From: Eledone cirrhosa
Taxonomy: Eukaryota
Direction: 5' to 3'
DNA length: 64,000 bases
Assembly: GCA_964016885.1 (NCBI GenBank)
Contig: OZ024744.1
Location: forward strand, 101,184,001 to 101,248,000
The notes under the pieces are model-generated. The model was given only the letters and a program-made list of their open reading frames with translations. It had not been told where the DNA came from and did not search any database. Shown here one piece after another: positions 30,001-45,000 of the stretch. The position numbers and the translations under genes are program-made. Every line of letters begins with the position of its first letter. Position 1 is the first letter of the stretch.

Positions 30001-33000
30001 TTCCTAATTTGGACAGAGACTGTTGTCAGCTCCCATTTGGTGTAAAGGTTATCACTAAAGTTATTGTATATAGTTACTAATTTGGACAGGGACTGTTGTC
30101 AGCTCCCATTTGGTGTAAAGGTTAACACTAAAGTTATTGTATATAGTTCCTAATTTGGACAGGCACTGTTGTCAGCTCCCATTTGGTGTAAAGGTTAACA
30201 CTAAAGTTATTGTATATAGTTCCTAATTTGGACAGGCACTGTTGTCAGCTCCCATTTGGTGTAAAGGTTAACACTAAAGTTATTGTATATAGTTCCTATT
30301 TTGGACAGGGACTGTTGTCAGCTCCCATTTGGTGTAAAGGTTAACATTTAAGTTATTGTATATAGTTCCTATTTTGGACAGGGACTGTTGTCAGCTCCCA
30401 TTTGGTGTAAAGGTTAACATTTAAGTTATTGTATATAGTTCCTAATTTGGACAGGGACTGTTGTCAGCTCCCATTTGGTGTAAAGGTTAACACTAAAGTT
30501 ATTGTATATAGTTCCTAATTTGGACAGGCACTGTTGTCAGCTCCCATTTGGTGTAAAGGTTAACACTAAAGTTATTGTATATAGTTCCTAATTTGGACAG
30601 GGACTGTTGTCAGCTCCCATTTGGTGTAAAGGTTAACATTTAAGTTATTGTATATAGTTCCTAATTTGGACAGGCACTGTTGTCAGCTCCCATTTGGTGT
30701 AAAGGTTAACATTTAAGTTATTGTATATAGTTCCTAATTTGGACAGGCACTGTTGTCAGCTCCCATTTGGTGTAAAGGTTAACACTAAAGTTATTGTATA
30801 TAGTTCCTAATTTGGACAGGCACTGTTGTCAGCTCCCATTTGGTGTAAAGGTTAACACTAAAGTTATTGTATATAGTTCCTAATTTGGACAGGGACTGTT
30901 GTCAGCTCCCATTTGGTGTAAAGGTTAACATTTAAGTTATTGTATATAGTTCCTAATTTGGACAGGCACTGTTGTCAGCTCCCATTTGGTGTAAAGGTTA
31001 ACACTAAAGTTATTGTATATAGTTCCTAATTTGGACAGGGACTGTTGTCAGCTCCCATTTGGTGTAAAGGTTAACATTTAAGTTATTGTATATAGTTCCT
31101 AATTTGGACAGGCACTGTTGTCAGCTCCCATTTGGTGTAAAGGTTAACACTAAAGTTATTGTATATAGTTCCTAATTTGGACAGGGACTGTTGTCAGCTC
31201 CCATTTGGTGTAAAGGTTAACATTTAAGTTATTGTATATAGTTCCTAATTTGCACAGAGACTGTTGTCAGCTCCCATTTGGTGTAAAGGTTAACACTAAA
31301 GTTATTGTATATAGTTCCTAATTTGGACAGGGACTGTTGTCAGCTCCCATTTGGTGTAAAGGTTAACACTAAAGTTATTGTATATAGTTCCTAATTTGGA
31401 CAGAGACTGTTGTCAGCTCCCATTTGGTGTAAAGGTTAACACTAAAGTTATTGTATATAGTTCCTAATTTGGACAGAGACTGTTGTCAGCTCCCATTTGG
31501 TGTAAAGGTTAACATTTAAGTTATTGTATATAGTTCCTAATTTGCACAGAGACTGTTGTCAGCTCCCATTTGGTGTAAAGGTTAACACTAAAGTTATTGT
31601 ATATAGTTCCTAATTTGGACAGAGACTGTTGTCAGCTCTCGTTTGGTGTAAAGGTTAACACTAAAGTTATTGTATATAGTTCCTAATTTGGACAGAGACT
31701 GTTATCAGCTCCCATTTGGTGTAAAGGTTAACACTAAAGTTATTGTATATAGTTCCTAATTTCGACAGGGACAGTTGTCAGTTCCCATTTGGTGTAAAGG
31801 TTAACACTAAAGTTATTGTACATAGTTCCTAATTTGGACAGGGACTGTTGTCAGCTCCCATTTGCTGTAAAGGTTATCACTAAAGTTATTGTGTATAGTT
31901 CCTAATTTGGACAGGGACAGTTGTCAACTCCCATTTGGTGTAAAGGTTAACACTAAAGTTATTGTATATAGTTCCTAATTTGGACAGGCACTGTTGTCAG
32001 CTCCCATTTGGTGTAAAGGTTAACACTAAAGTTATTGTATATAGTTCCTAATTTGGACAGGGACTGTTGTCAGCTCCCATTTGGTGTAAAGGTTAACACT
32101 AAAGTTATTGTATATAGTTCCTAATTTGGACAGAGACAGTTGTCAGCTCCCATTTGGTGTAAAGGTTAACACTAAAGTTATTGTATATATTTCCTAATTT
32201 GGACAGCGACAGTTGTCAGCTCCCATTTGGTGTAAAGGTTAACACTAAAATTATTGTATATAGTTCCTAATTTGGACAGAGACTGTTGTCAGCTCCCATT
32301 TGGTGTAAAGGTTAACACTAAAGTTATTGTATATAGTTCCTAATTTGGACAGGCACTATTATCAGCTCCCATTTGGTGTAAAGGTTAACACTAAAGTTAT
32401 TGTATGTAGTTCCTAATTTGGACAGAGATAGTTGTCAGTCCCATTTGGTGTAAAGGTTAACACTAAAGTTATTGTATATAGTTCCTATTTTGGACAGAGA
32501 CTGTTGTCAGCTCCCATTTGGTGTAAAGGTTAACACTAAAGTTATTGTATATAGTTCCTATTTTGGACAGAGACTGTTGTCAGCTCCCATTTGGTGTAAA
32601 GGTTAACACTAAAGTTATTGTATATAGTTCCTATTTTGGACAGAGACTGTTGTCAGCTCCCATTTGGTGTAAAGGTTAACACTAAAGTTATTGTATATAG
32701 TTCCTATTTTGGACAGAGACTGTTGTCAGCTCCCATTTGGTGTAAAGGTTAACACTAAAGTTATTGTATATAGTTCCTAATTTGGACAGGGATTGTTGTC
32801 AGCTCCCATATGGTGTAAAGGTTAACACTAAAGTTATTGTATATAGTTCCTAATTTGGACAGGGACAGTTGTCAGCTCCCATTTTGTGTAAAGGTTAACA
32901 CTAAAGTTATTGTATATAGTTCCTAATTTGGACAGAGACTGTTGTCAGCTCCCATTTGGTGTAAAGGTTAACACTAAAGTTATCGTATATAGTTCCTAAT

Positions 33001-36000
33001 TTGGACAGGGACTGTTGTCAGCTCCCATTTGGTGTAAAGGTTAACACTAAAGTTATTGTATATAGTTCCTAATTTGGACAGGGACTGTTGTCAGCTCCCA
33101 TTTGGTGTAAAGGTTATCACTAAAGTTATTGTATATAGTTCCTAATTTCGACAGGGACAGTTGTCAGTTCCCATTTGGTGTAAAGGTTAACACTAAAGTT
33201 ATTGTATATAGTTCCTAATTTCGACAGGGACAGTTGTCAGTTCCCATTTGGTGTAAAGGTTATCACTAAAGTTATTGTATATAGTTCCTAATTTCGACAG
33301 GGACAGTTGTCAGTTCCCATTTGGTGTAAAGGTTAACACTAAAGTTATTGTATATAGTTCCTAATTTGGACAGGGACTGTTGTCAGCTCCCATTTGGTGT
33401 AAAGGTTATCACTAAAGTTATTGTATATAGTTCCTAATTTGTACAGAGACTGTTGTCAGCTCCCATTTGGTGTAAAGGTTAACACTAAAGTTATTGTATA
33501 TAGTTCCTAATTTGGACAGAGACTGTTATCAGCTCCCATTTGGTGTAAAGGTTAACACTAAAGTTATTGTATATAGTTCCTAATTTGGACAGAGACTGTT
33601 GTCAGCTCCCATTCGGTGTAAAGGTTAACACTAAAGTTATTGTATATAGTTCCTAATTTGGACAGGGACTGTTGTCAGCTCCCATTTGGTGTAAAGGTTA
33701 TCACTAAAGTTATTGTATATAGTTCCTAATTTGGACAGGGACTGTTGTCAGCTCCCATTTGGTGTAAAGGTTAACACTAAAGTTATCGTATAAAGTTCCT
33801 AATTTGGACAGGGACTGTTGTCAGCTCCCATTTGGTGTAAAGGTTAACACTAAAGTTATTGTATATAGTTCCTAATTTCGACAGGGACAGTTGTCAGTTC
33901 CCATTTGGTGTAAAGGTTAACACTAAAGTTATTGTATATAGTTCCTAATTTCGACAGGGACAGTTGTCAGTTCCCATTTGGTGTAAAGGTTATCACTAAA
34001 GTTATTGTATATAGTTCCTAATTTCGACAGGGACAGTTGTCAGTTCCCATTTGGTGTAAAGGTTAACACTAAAGTTATTGTATATAGTTCCTAATTTGGA
34101 CAGGCACTGTTGTCAGCTCCCATTTGGTGTAAAGGTTAACACTAAAGTTATTGTATATAGTTCCTAATTTGGACAGGGACTGTTGTCAGCTCCCATTTGG
34201 TGTAAAGGTTATCACTAAAGTTATTGTATATAGTTCCTAATTTGTACAGAGACTGTTGTCAGCTCCCATTTGGTGTAAAGGTTAACACTAAAGTTATTGT
34301 ATATAGTTCCTAATTTGGACAGAGACTGTTATCAGCTCCCATTTGGTGTAAAGGTTAACACTAAAGTTATTGTATATAGTTCCTAATTTGGACAGAGACA
34401 GTTGTCAGCTCCCATTTGGTGTAAAGGTTAACACTAAAGTTATTGTACATAGTTCCTAATTTGGACAGGGACTGTTGTCAGCTCCCATTTGGTGTAAAGG
34501 TTATCACTAAAGTTATTGTATATAGTTCCTAATTTGGACAGGGACTGTTGTCAGCTCCCATTTGGTGTAAAGGTTAACACTAAAGTTATTGTATATAGTT
34601 CCTAATTTGGACAGGGACTGTTGTCAGCTCCCATTTGGTGTAAAGGTTATCACTAAAGTTATTGTATATAGTTCCTAATTTCGACAGGGACAGTTGTCAG
34701 TTCCCATTTGGTGTAAAGGTTATCACTAAAGTTATTGTATATAGTTCCTAATTTCGACAGGGACAGTTGTCAGTTCCCATTTGCTGTAAAGGTTAACACT
34801 AAAGTTATTGTATATAGTTCCTAATTTGGACAGAGACTGTTGTCAGCTCCCATTCGGTGTAAAGGTTAACACTAAAGTTATTGTATATAGTTCCTAATTT
34901 GGACAGGGACTGTTGTCAGCTCCCATTTGGTGTAAAGGTTATCACTAAAGTTATTGTATATAGTTCCTAATTTCGACAGGGACAGTTGTCAGTTCCCATT
35001 TGGTGTAAAGGTTAACACTAAAGTTATTGTATATAGTTCCTAATTTCGACAGGGACAGTTGTCAGTTCCCATTTGGTGTAAAGGTTATCACTAAAGTTAT
35101 TGTATATAGTTCCTAATTTCGACAGGGACAGTTGTCAGTTCCCATTTGGTGTAAAGTTTAACACTAAAGTTATTGTATATAGTTCCTAATTTGGACAGGC
35201 ACTGTTGTCAGCTCCCATTTGGTGTAAAGGTTATCACTAAAGTTATTGTATATAGTTCCTAATTTCGACAGGGACAGTTGTCAGTTCCCATTTGGTGTAA
35301 AGGTTATCACTAAAGTTATTGTATATAGTTCCTAATTTGGACAGAGACTGTTATCAGCTCCCATTTGGTGTAAAGGTTAACACTGAAGTTATTGTATATA
35401 GTTCCTAATTTGGACAGGGACTGTTGTCAGCTCCCATTTGGTGTAAAGGTTAACACTGAAGTTATGGTACATAGTTCCTAATTTGGACAGGGACTGTTGT
35501 CAGCTCCCATTTGGTGTAAAGGTTAACACTAAAGTTATTGTACATAGTTCCTAATTTGGACAGGGACTGTTGTCAGCTCCCATTTGGTGTAAAGGTTATC
35601 ACTAAAGTTATTGTATATAGTTCCTAATTTGGACAGGGACTGTTGTCAGCTCCCATTTGGTGTAAAGGTTAACACTAAAGTTATAGTATATAGTTCCTAA
35701 TTTGGACAGGGACTGTTGTCAGCTCCCATTTGGTGTAAAGGTTATCACTAAAGTTATTGTATATAGTTCCTAATTTCGACAGGGACAGTTGTCAGTTCCC
35801 ATTTGGTGTAAAGGTTATCACTAAAGTTATCGTATATAGTTCCTAATTTCGACAGGGACAGTTGTCAGTTCCCATTTGCTGTAAAGGTTAACACTAAAGT
35901 TATTGTATATAGTTCCTAATTTGGACAGGCACTGTTGTCAGCTCCCATTTGGTGTAAAGGTTAACACTAAAGTTATTGTATATAGTTCCTAATTTGGACA

Positions 36001-39000
36001 GGGACTGTTGTCAGCTCCCATTTGGTGTAAAGGTTATCACTAAAGTTATTGTATATAGTTCCTAATTTGTACAGAGACTGTTGTCAGCTCCCATTTGGTG
36101 TAAAGGTTAACACTAAAGTTATTGTATATAGTTCCTAATTTGGACAGAGACTGTTATCAGCTCCCATTTGGTGTAAAGGTTAACACTAAAGTTATTGTAT
36201 ATAGTTCCTAATTTGGACAGAGACTGTTGTGAGCTCCCATTCGGTGTAAAGGTTAACACTAAAGTTATTGTATATAGTTCCTAATTTGGACAGGGACTGT
36301 TGTCAGCTCCCATTTGGTGTAAAGGTTATCACTAAAGTTATTGTATATAGTTCCTAATTTCGACAGGGACAGTTGTCAGTTCCCATTTGGTGTAAAGGTT
36401 AACACTAAAGTTATTGTATATAGTTCCTAATTTCGACAGGGACAGTTGTCAGTTCCCATTTGGTGTAAAGGTTATCACTAAAGTTATTGTATATAGTTCC
36501 TAATTTCGACAGGGACAGTTGTCAGTTCCCATTTGGTGTAAAGGTTATCACTAAAGTTATTGTATATAGTTCCTAATTTCGACAGGGACAGTTGTCAGTT
36601 CCCATTTGGTGTAAAGGTTATCACTAAAGTTATTGTATATAGTTCCTAATTTCGACAGGGACAGTTGTCAGCTCCCATTTGATGTAAAGGTTAACACTAA
36701 AGTTATTGTATATAGTTCCTAATTTGGACAGGGACTGTTGTCAACTCCCATTTGGTGTAAAGGTTAACACTAAAGTTATTGTATATAGTTCCTAATTTGG
36801 ACAGAGACTGTTGTCAGCTCCCATTTGGTGTAAAGGTTAACACTAAAGTTATTGTATATAGTTCCTAATTTGGACAGGCACTATTATCAGCTCCCATTTG
36901 GTGTAAAGGTTAACACTAAAGTTATTGTATGTAGTTCCTAATTTGGACAGAGATAGTTGTCAGCTCCCATTTGGTGTAAAGGTTAACACTAAAGTTATTG
37001 TATATAGTTCCTATTTTGGACAGAGACTGTTGTCAGCTCCCATTTGGTGTAAAGGTTAACACTAAAGTTATAGTATATAGTTCCTAATTTGGACAGGGAC
37101 TGTTGTCAGCTCCCATTTGGTGTAAAGGTTATCACTAAAGTTATTGTATATAGTTCCTAATTTCGACAGGGACAGTTGTCAGTTCCCATTTGGTGTAAAG
37201 GTTATCACTAAAGTTATCGTATATAGTTCCTAATTTCGACAGGGACAGTTGTCAGTTCCCATTTGGTGTAAAGGTTAACACTAAAGTTATTGTATATAGT
37301 CCCTAATTTGGACAGAGACTGTTGTCAGCTCCCATTTGGTGTAAAGGTTAACACTAAAGTTATTGTATATAGTTCCTAATTTAGAGAGGGACTGTTGTCA
37401 GCTCCCATTTGGTGTAAAGGTTAACACTAAAGTTATTGTATATAGTTCCTATTTTGGACAGGGACTGTTGTCAACTCCCATTTGGTGTAAAGGTTAACAC
37501 TAAAGTTATTGTATATACTTCCTAATTTGGACAGAGACTGTTGTCAGCTCCCATTTGGTGTAAAGGTTAACACTAAAGTTATTGTATATACTTCCTAATT
37601 TGGACAGAGACTGTTGTCAGCTCCCATTTGGTGTAAAGGTTAACACTAAAGTTATTGTATATAGTTCCTAATTTGGACAGAGACTGTTGTCAGCTCCCAT
37701 TTGGTGTAAAGGTTAACACTAAAGTTATTGTATATAGTTCCTAATTTGGACAGAGACAGTTGTCAGCTCCCATTTGGTGTAAAGGTTAACACTAAAGTTA
37801 TTGTATATAGTTCATAATTTGGACAGGGACTGTTGTCAGTTCCCATTTGGTGTAAAGGTTAACACTAAAGTTATTGTATATAGTTCCTAATTTGCACAGA
37901 GACTGTTGTCAGCTCCCATTTGGTGTAAAGGTTAACACTAAAGTTATTGTATATAGTTCCTAATTTGGACAGAGACTGTTGTCAGCTCCCATTTGGTGTA
38001 AAGGTTAACACTAAAGTTATTGTATATAGTTCCTAATTTGGACAGAGACTGTTGTCAGCTCCCATTTGATGTAAAGGTTAACACTAAAGTTATTGTATAT
38101 AGTTCCTAATTTCGACAGGGACAGTTGTCAGTTCCCATTTGGTGTAAAGGTTAACACTAAAGTTATTGTATATAGTTCCTAATTTGGACAGGGACTGTTG
38201 TCAGCTCCCATTTGGTGTAAAGGTTAACACTAAAGTTATTGTATATAGTTCCTAATTTGGACAGGGACTGTTGTCAGCTCCCATTTGGTGTAAAGGTTAT
38301 CACTAAAGTTATTGTATATAGTTCCTAATTTCGACAGGGACAGTTGTCAGTTCCCATTTGGTGTAAAGGTTAACACTAAAGTTATTGTATATAGTTCCTA
38401 ATTTCGACAGGGACAGTTGTCAGTTCCCATTTGGTGTAAAGGTTAACACTAAAGTTATTGTATATAGTTCCTAATTTGGACAGGCACTGTTGTCAGCTCC
38501 CATTTGGTGTAAAGGTTAACACTAAAGTTATTGTATATAATTCCTAATTTGGACAGGGACTGTTGTCAGCTCCCATTTGGTGTAAAGGTTATCACTAAAG
38601 TTATTGTATATAGTTCCTAATTTGTACAGAGACTGTTGTCAACTCCCATTTGGTGTAAAGGTTAACACTAAAGTTATTGTATATAGTTACTAATTTGGAC
38701 AGAGACTGTTGTAAGCTCCCATTTGGTGTAAAGGTTAACACTAAAGTTATTATATATAGTTCCTAACTTGGACAGAGACTGTTGTCAGCTCCCATTTGGT
38801 GTAAAGGTTAACACTAAAGTTATTGTATATAGTCCCTAATTTGGACAGAGACTGTTGTCAGCTCCCATTTGGTGTAAAGGTTAACACTAAAGTTATTGTA
38901 TATAGTTCCTAATTTAGAGAGGGACTGTTGTCAGCTCCCATTTGGTGTAAAGGTTAACACTAAAGTTATCGTATATAGTTCCTAATTTGGACAGAGACTG

Positions 39001-42000
39001 TTGTCAGCTCCCATTTACTGTAAAGGTTAACACTAAAGTTATTGTATATAGTTCCTAATTTGGACAGGGACTGTTGTCAACTCCCATTTGGTGTAAAGGT
39101 TAACACTAAAGTTATTGTATATAGTTCCTAATTTGGACAGAGACTGTTGTCAGCTCCCATTTGGTGTAAAGGTTAACACTAAAGTTATTGTATATAGTTC
39201 CTAATTTGGACAGAGCCTGTTGTCAGCTCCCATTTGGTGTAAAGGTTAACACTAAAGTTATTGTATATAGTTCCTAATTTGGACAGAGACAGTTGTCAGC
39301 TCCCATTTGGTGTAAAGGTTAACACTAAAGTTATTGTATATAGTTCATAATTTGGACAGGGACTGTTGTCAGTTCCCATTTGGTGTAAAGGTTAACACTA
39401 AAGTTATTGTATATAGTTCATAATTTGCACAGAGACTGTTGTTAGCTCCCATTTGGTGTAAAGGTTAACACTAAAGTTATTGTATATAGTTCCTAATTTG
39501 GACAGAGACTGTTGTCAGCTCCCATTTGGTGTAAAGGTTAACACTAAAGTTATTGTATATAGTTCCTAATTTGGACAGAGACTGTTGTCAGCTCCCATTT
39601 GATGTAAAGGTTAACACTAAAGTTATTGTATATAGTTCCTAATTTCGACAGGGACAGTTGTCAGTTCCCATTTGGTGTAAAGGTTAACACTAAAGTTATT
39701 GTATATAGTTCCTAATTTGGACAGGGACTGTTGTCAGCTCCCATTTGGTGTAAAGGTTAACACTAAAGTTATTGTATATAGTTCCTAATTTGGACAGGGA
39801 CTGTTGTCAGCTCCCATTTGGTGTAAAGGTTATCACTAAAGTTATCGTATATAGTTCCTAATTTCGACAGGGACAGTTGTCAGTTCCCATTCGGTGTAAA
39901 GGTTAACACTAAAGTTATTGTATATAGTTCCTAATTTTGACAGGGACAGTTGTCAGTTCCCATTTGGTGTAAAGGTTATCACTAAAGTTATTGTATATAG
40001 TTCCTAATTTCGACAGGGACAGTTGTCAGTTCCCATTTGGTGTAAAGGTTAACACTAAAGTTATTGTATATAGTTCCTAATTTGTACAGAGACTGTTGTC
40101 AGCTCCCATTTGGTGTAAAGGTTAACACTAAAGTTATTGTACATAGTTCCTAATTTGGACAGGGACTGTTGTCAGCTCCCATTTGGTGTAAAGGTTATCA
40201 CTAAAGTTATTGTATATAGTTCCTAATTTGCACAGAGACTGTTGTTAGCTCCCATTTGGTGTAAAGGTTAACACTAAAGTTATTGTATATAGTTCCTAAT
40301 TTCGACAGGGACAGTTGTCAGTTCCCATTCGGTGTAAAGGTTAACACTAAAGTTATTGTATATAGTTCCTAATTTTGACAGGGACAGTTGTCAGTTCCCA
40401 TTTGGTGTAAAGGTTATCACTAAAGTTATTGTATATAGTTCCTAATTTCGACAGGGACAGTTGTCAGTTCCCATTTGGTGTAAAGGTTAACACTAAAGTT
40501 ATTGTATATAGTTCCTAATTTGTACAGAGACTGTTGTCAGCTCCCATTTGGTGTAAAGGTTAACACTAAAGTTATTGTACATAGTTCCTAATTTGGACAG
40601 GGACTGTTGTCAGCTCCCATTTGGTGTAAAGGTTATCACTAAAGTTATTGTATATAGTTCCTAATTTGCACAGAGACTGTTGTTAGCTCCCATTTGGTGT
40701 AAAGGTTATCACTAAAGTTATCGTATATAGTTCCTAATTTCGACAGGGACAGTTGTCAGTTCCCATTCGGTGTAAAGGTTAACACTAAAGTTATTGTATA
40801 TAGTTCCTAATTTTGACAGGGACAGTTGTCAGTTCCCATTTGGTGTAAAGGTTATCACTAAAGTTATTGTATATAGTTCCTAATTTCGACAGGGACAGTT
40901 GTCAGTTCCCATTTGGTGTAAAGGTTAACACTAAAGTTATTGTATATAGTTCCTAATTTGTACAGAGACTGTTGTCAGCTCCCATTTGGTGTAAAGGTTA
41001 ACACTAAAGTTATTGTACATAGTTCCTAATTTGGACAGGGACTGTTGTCAGCTCCCATTTGGTGTAAAGGTTATCACTAAAGTTATTGTATATAGTTCCT
41101 AATTTGGACAGGGACTGTTGTCAGCTCCCATTTGGTGTAAAGGTTAACACTAAAGTTATTGTATATAGTTCCTAATTTGGACAGGGACTGTTGTCAGCTC
41201 CCATTTGGTGTAAAGGTTATCACTAAAGTTATTGTATATAGTTCCTAATTTCGACAGGGACAGTTGTCAGTTCCCATTTGGTGTAAAGGTTATCACTAAA
41301 GTTATTGTATATAGTTCCTAATTTCGACAGGGACAGTTGTCAGTTCCCATTTGGTGTAAAGGTTAACACTAAAGTTATTGTATATAGTTCCTAATTTGGA
41401 CAGGCACTGTTGTCAGCTCCCATTTGGTGTAAAGGTTAACACTAAAGTTATTGTATATAGTTCCTAATTTGGACAGGGACTGTTGTCAGCTCCCATTTGG
41501 TGTAAAGGTTATCACTAAAGTTATTGTATATAGTTCCTAATTTGTACAGAGACTGTTGTCAGCTCCCATTTGGTGTAAAGGTTAACACTAAAGTTATTGT
41601 ATATAGTTCCTAATTTGGACAGAGACTGTTATCAGCTCCCATTTGGTGTAAAGGTTAACACTAAAGTTATTGTATATAGTTCCTAATTTGGACAGAGACT
41701 GTTGTCAGCTCCCATTCGGTGTAAAGGTTAACACTAAAGTTATTGTATATAGTTCCTAATTTGGACAGAGACTGTTATCAGCTCCCATTTGGTGTAAAGG
41801 TTAACACTAAAGTTATCGTATATAGTTCCTAATTTCGACAGGGACAGTTGTCAGTTCCCATTTGGTGTAAAGGTTATCACTAAAGTTATTGTATATAGTT
41901 CCTAATTTGGACAGAGACTGTTGTCAGCTCCCATTCGGTGTAAAGGTTAACACTAAAGTTATTGTATATAGTTCCTAATTTGGACAGGGACTGTTGTCAG

Positions 42001-45000
42001 CTCCCATTTGGTGTAAAGGTTATCACTAAAGTTATTGTATATAGTTCCTAATTTCGACAGGGACAGTTGTCAGTTCCCATTTGGTGTAAAGGTTAACACT
42101 AAAGTTATTGTATATAGTTCCTAATTTCGACAGGGACAGTTGTCAATTCCCATTTGGTGTAAAGGTTATCACTAAAGTTATTGTATATAGTTCCTAATTT
42201 CGACAGGGACAGTTGTCAGTTCCCATTTGGTGTAAAGGTTAACACTAAAGTTATTGTATATAGTTCCTAATTTGGACAGAGACTGTTGTCAGCTCCCATT
42301 CGGTGTAAAGGTTAACACTAAAGTTATTGTATATAGTTCCTAATTTGGACAGGGACTGTTGTCAGCTCCCATTTGGTGTAAAGGTTATCACTAAAGTTAT
42401 TGTATATAGTTCCTAATTTCGACAGGGACAGTTGTCAGTTCCCATTTGGTGTAAAGGTTAACACTAAAGTTATTGTATATAGTTCCTAATTTCGACAGGG
42501 ACAGTTGTCAGTTCCCATTTGGTGTAAAGGTTAACACTAAAGTTATTGTATATAGTTCCTAATTTGGACAGGGACTGTTGTCAGCTCCCATTTGGTGTAA
42601 AGGTTATCACTAAAGTTATTGTATATAGTTCCTAATTTCGACAGGGACAGTTGTCAGTTCCCATTTGGTGTAAAGGTTATCACTAAAGTTATTGTATATA
42701 GTTCCTAATTTCGACAGGGACAGTTGTCAGTTCCCATTTGGTGTAAAGGTTAACACTAAAGTTATTGTATATAGTTCCTAATTTGGACAGGGACTGTTGT
42801 CAGCTCCCATTTGGTGTAAAGGTTAACACTAAAGTTATTGTATATAGTTCATAATTTGGACAGGGACTGTTATCAGTTCCCATTTGGTGTAAAGGTTAAC
42901 ACTAAAGTTATTGTATATAGTTCCTAATTTCGACAGGGACAGTTGTCAGTTCCCATTTGGTGTAAAGGTTATCACGAAAGTTATTGTATATAGTTCCTAA
43001 TTTCGACAGGGACTGTTGTCAGCTCCCATTTGGTGTAAAGATTAACACTAAAGTTATTGTATATAGTTCCTAATTTCGACAGGCACTGTTGTCAGCTCCC
43101 ATTTGGTGTAAAGGTTAACACTAAAGTTATTGTATATAGTTCCTAATTTGGACAGAGACTGTTGTCAGCTCCCATTTGGTGTAAAGGTTAACACTAAAGT
43201 TATTGTATATAGTTCCTAATTTGGACAGAGACTGTTGTCAGTTCCCATTTGGTGTAAAGGTTAACACTAAAGTTATTGTATATAGTTCCTAATTTGGACA
43301 GAGACTGTTGTCAGCTCCCATTTGGTGTAAAGGTTAACACTAAAGTTATTGTATATAGTTCCTAATTTGGACAGAGACTGTTGTCAGTTCCCATTTGGTG
43401 TAAAGGTTAACACTAAAGTTATTGTATATAGTTCCTAATTTGTACAGAGACTGTTGTCAGCTCCCATTTGGTGTAAAGGTTAACACTAAAGTTATTGTAT
43501 ATAGTTCCTAATTTGGACAGAGACTGTTGTCAGTTCCCATTTGGTGTAAAGGTTAACACTAAAGTTATTGTATATAGTTCCTAATTTGTACAGAGACTGT
43601 TGTCAGCTCCCATTTGGTGTAAAGGTTAACACTAAAGTTATTGTATATAGTTCCTAATTTGGACAGAGACTGTTGTCAGCTCCCATTTGGTGTAAAGGTT
43701 AACACTATAGTTATTGTATATAGTTCCTAATTTGGACAGAGACTGTTGTCAGCTCCCATTTGGTGTAAAGGTTAACACTAAAGTTATTGTACATAGTTCC
43801 TAATTTGGACAGGGACTGTTGTCAGCTCCCATTTGGTGTAAAGGTTATCACTAAAGTTATTGTATATAGTTCCTAATTTGGACAGGGACTGTTGTCAGCT
43901 CCCATTCGGTGTAAAGGTTAACACTAAAGTATTTGTATATAGTTCCTAATTTGGACAGAGACAGTTGTCAGCTCCCATTTGGTGTAAAGGTTAACATTAA
44001 AGTTATTGTATAGTTGATAATTTGGACAGAGACTTTTGTCAGCTCCCATTTGGTGTAAAGGTTAACACTAAAGTTATTGTATATAGTCCCTAATTTGGAC
44101 AGAGACTGTTGTCAGCTCCCATTTGGTGTAAAGGTCAACACTAAAGTTATTGTATATAGTTCCTAATTTGGACAGAGACTGTTGTCAGCTCCCATTTGGT
44201 GTAAAGGTCAACACTAAAGTTATTGTATATAGTTCCTAATTTGGACAGAGACTGTTGTCAGCTCCCATTTGGTGTAAAGGTCAACACTAAAGTTATTGTA
44301 TATAGTTCCTAATTTGGACAGAGACTGTTGTCAGCTCCCATTTGGTGTAAAGGTCAACACTAAAGTTATTGTATATAGTCCCTAATTTGGACAGAGACTG
44401 TTGTCAGCTCCCATTTGGTGTAAAGGTTAACACTAAAGTTATTGTACATAGTTCCTAATTTGGACAGGGACTGTTGTCAGCTCCCATTTGGTGTAAAGGT
44501 CAACACTAAAGTTATTGTATATAGTTCCTAATTTGGACAGAGACTGTTGTCAGCTCCCATTTGGTGTAAAGGTCAACACTAAAGTTATTGTATATAGTCC
44601 CTAATTTGGACAGAGACTGTTGTCAGCTCCCATTTGGTGTAAAGGTCAACACTAAAGTTATTGTATATAGTCCCTAATTTGGACAGGGACAGTTGTCAGC
44701 TCCCATTTGGTGTAAAGGTCAACACTAAAGTTATTGTATATAGTTCCTAATTTGGACAGAGACTTTTGTCAGCTCCCATTTGGTGTAAAGGTCAACACTA
44801 AAGTTATTGTATATAGTTCCTAATTTGGACAGAGACAGTTGTCAGCTCCCATTTGGTGTAAAGGTTAACACTAAAGTTATTGTATATAGTTCCTAATTTG
44901 AACAGCTCCCATTTGGTGTAAAGGTTAACACTAAAGTTATTGTATATAGTTCCTATTTTGGACAGGGACTGTTGTCAGCTCCCATTTGGTGTAAAGGTTA

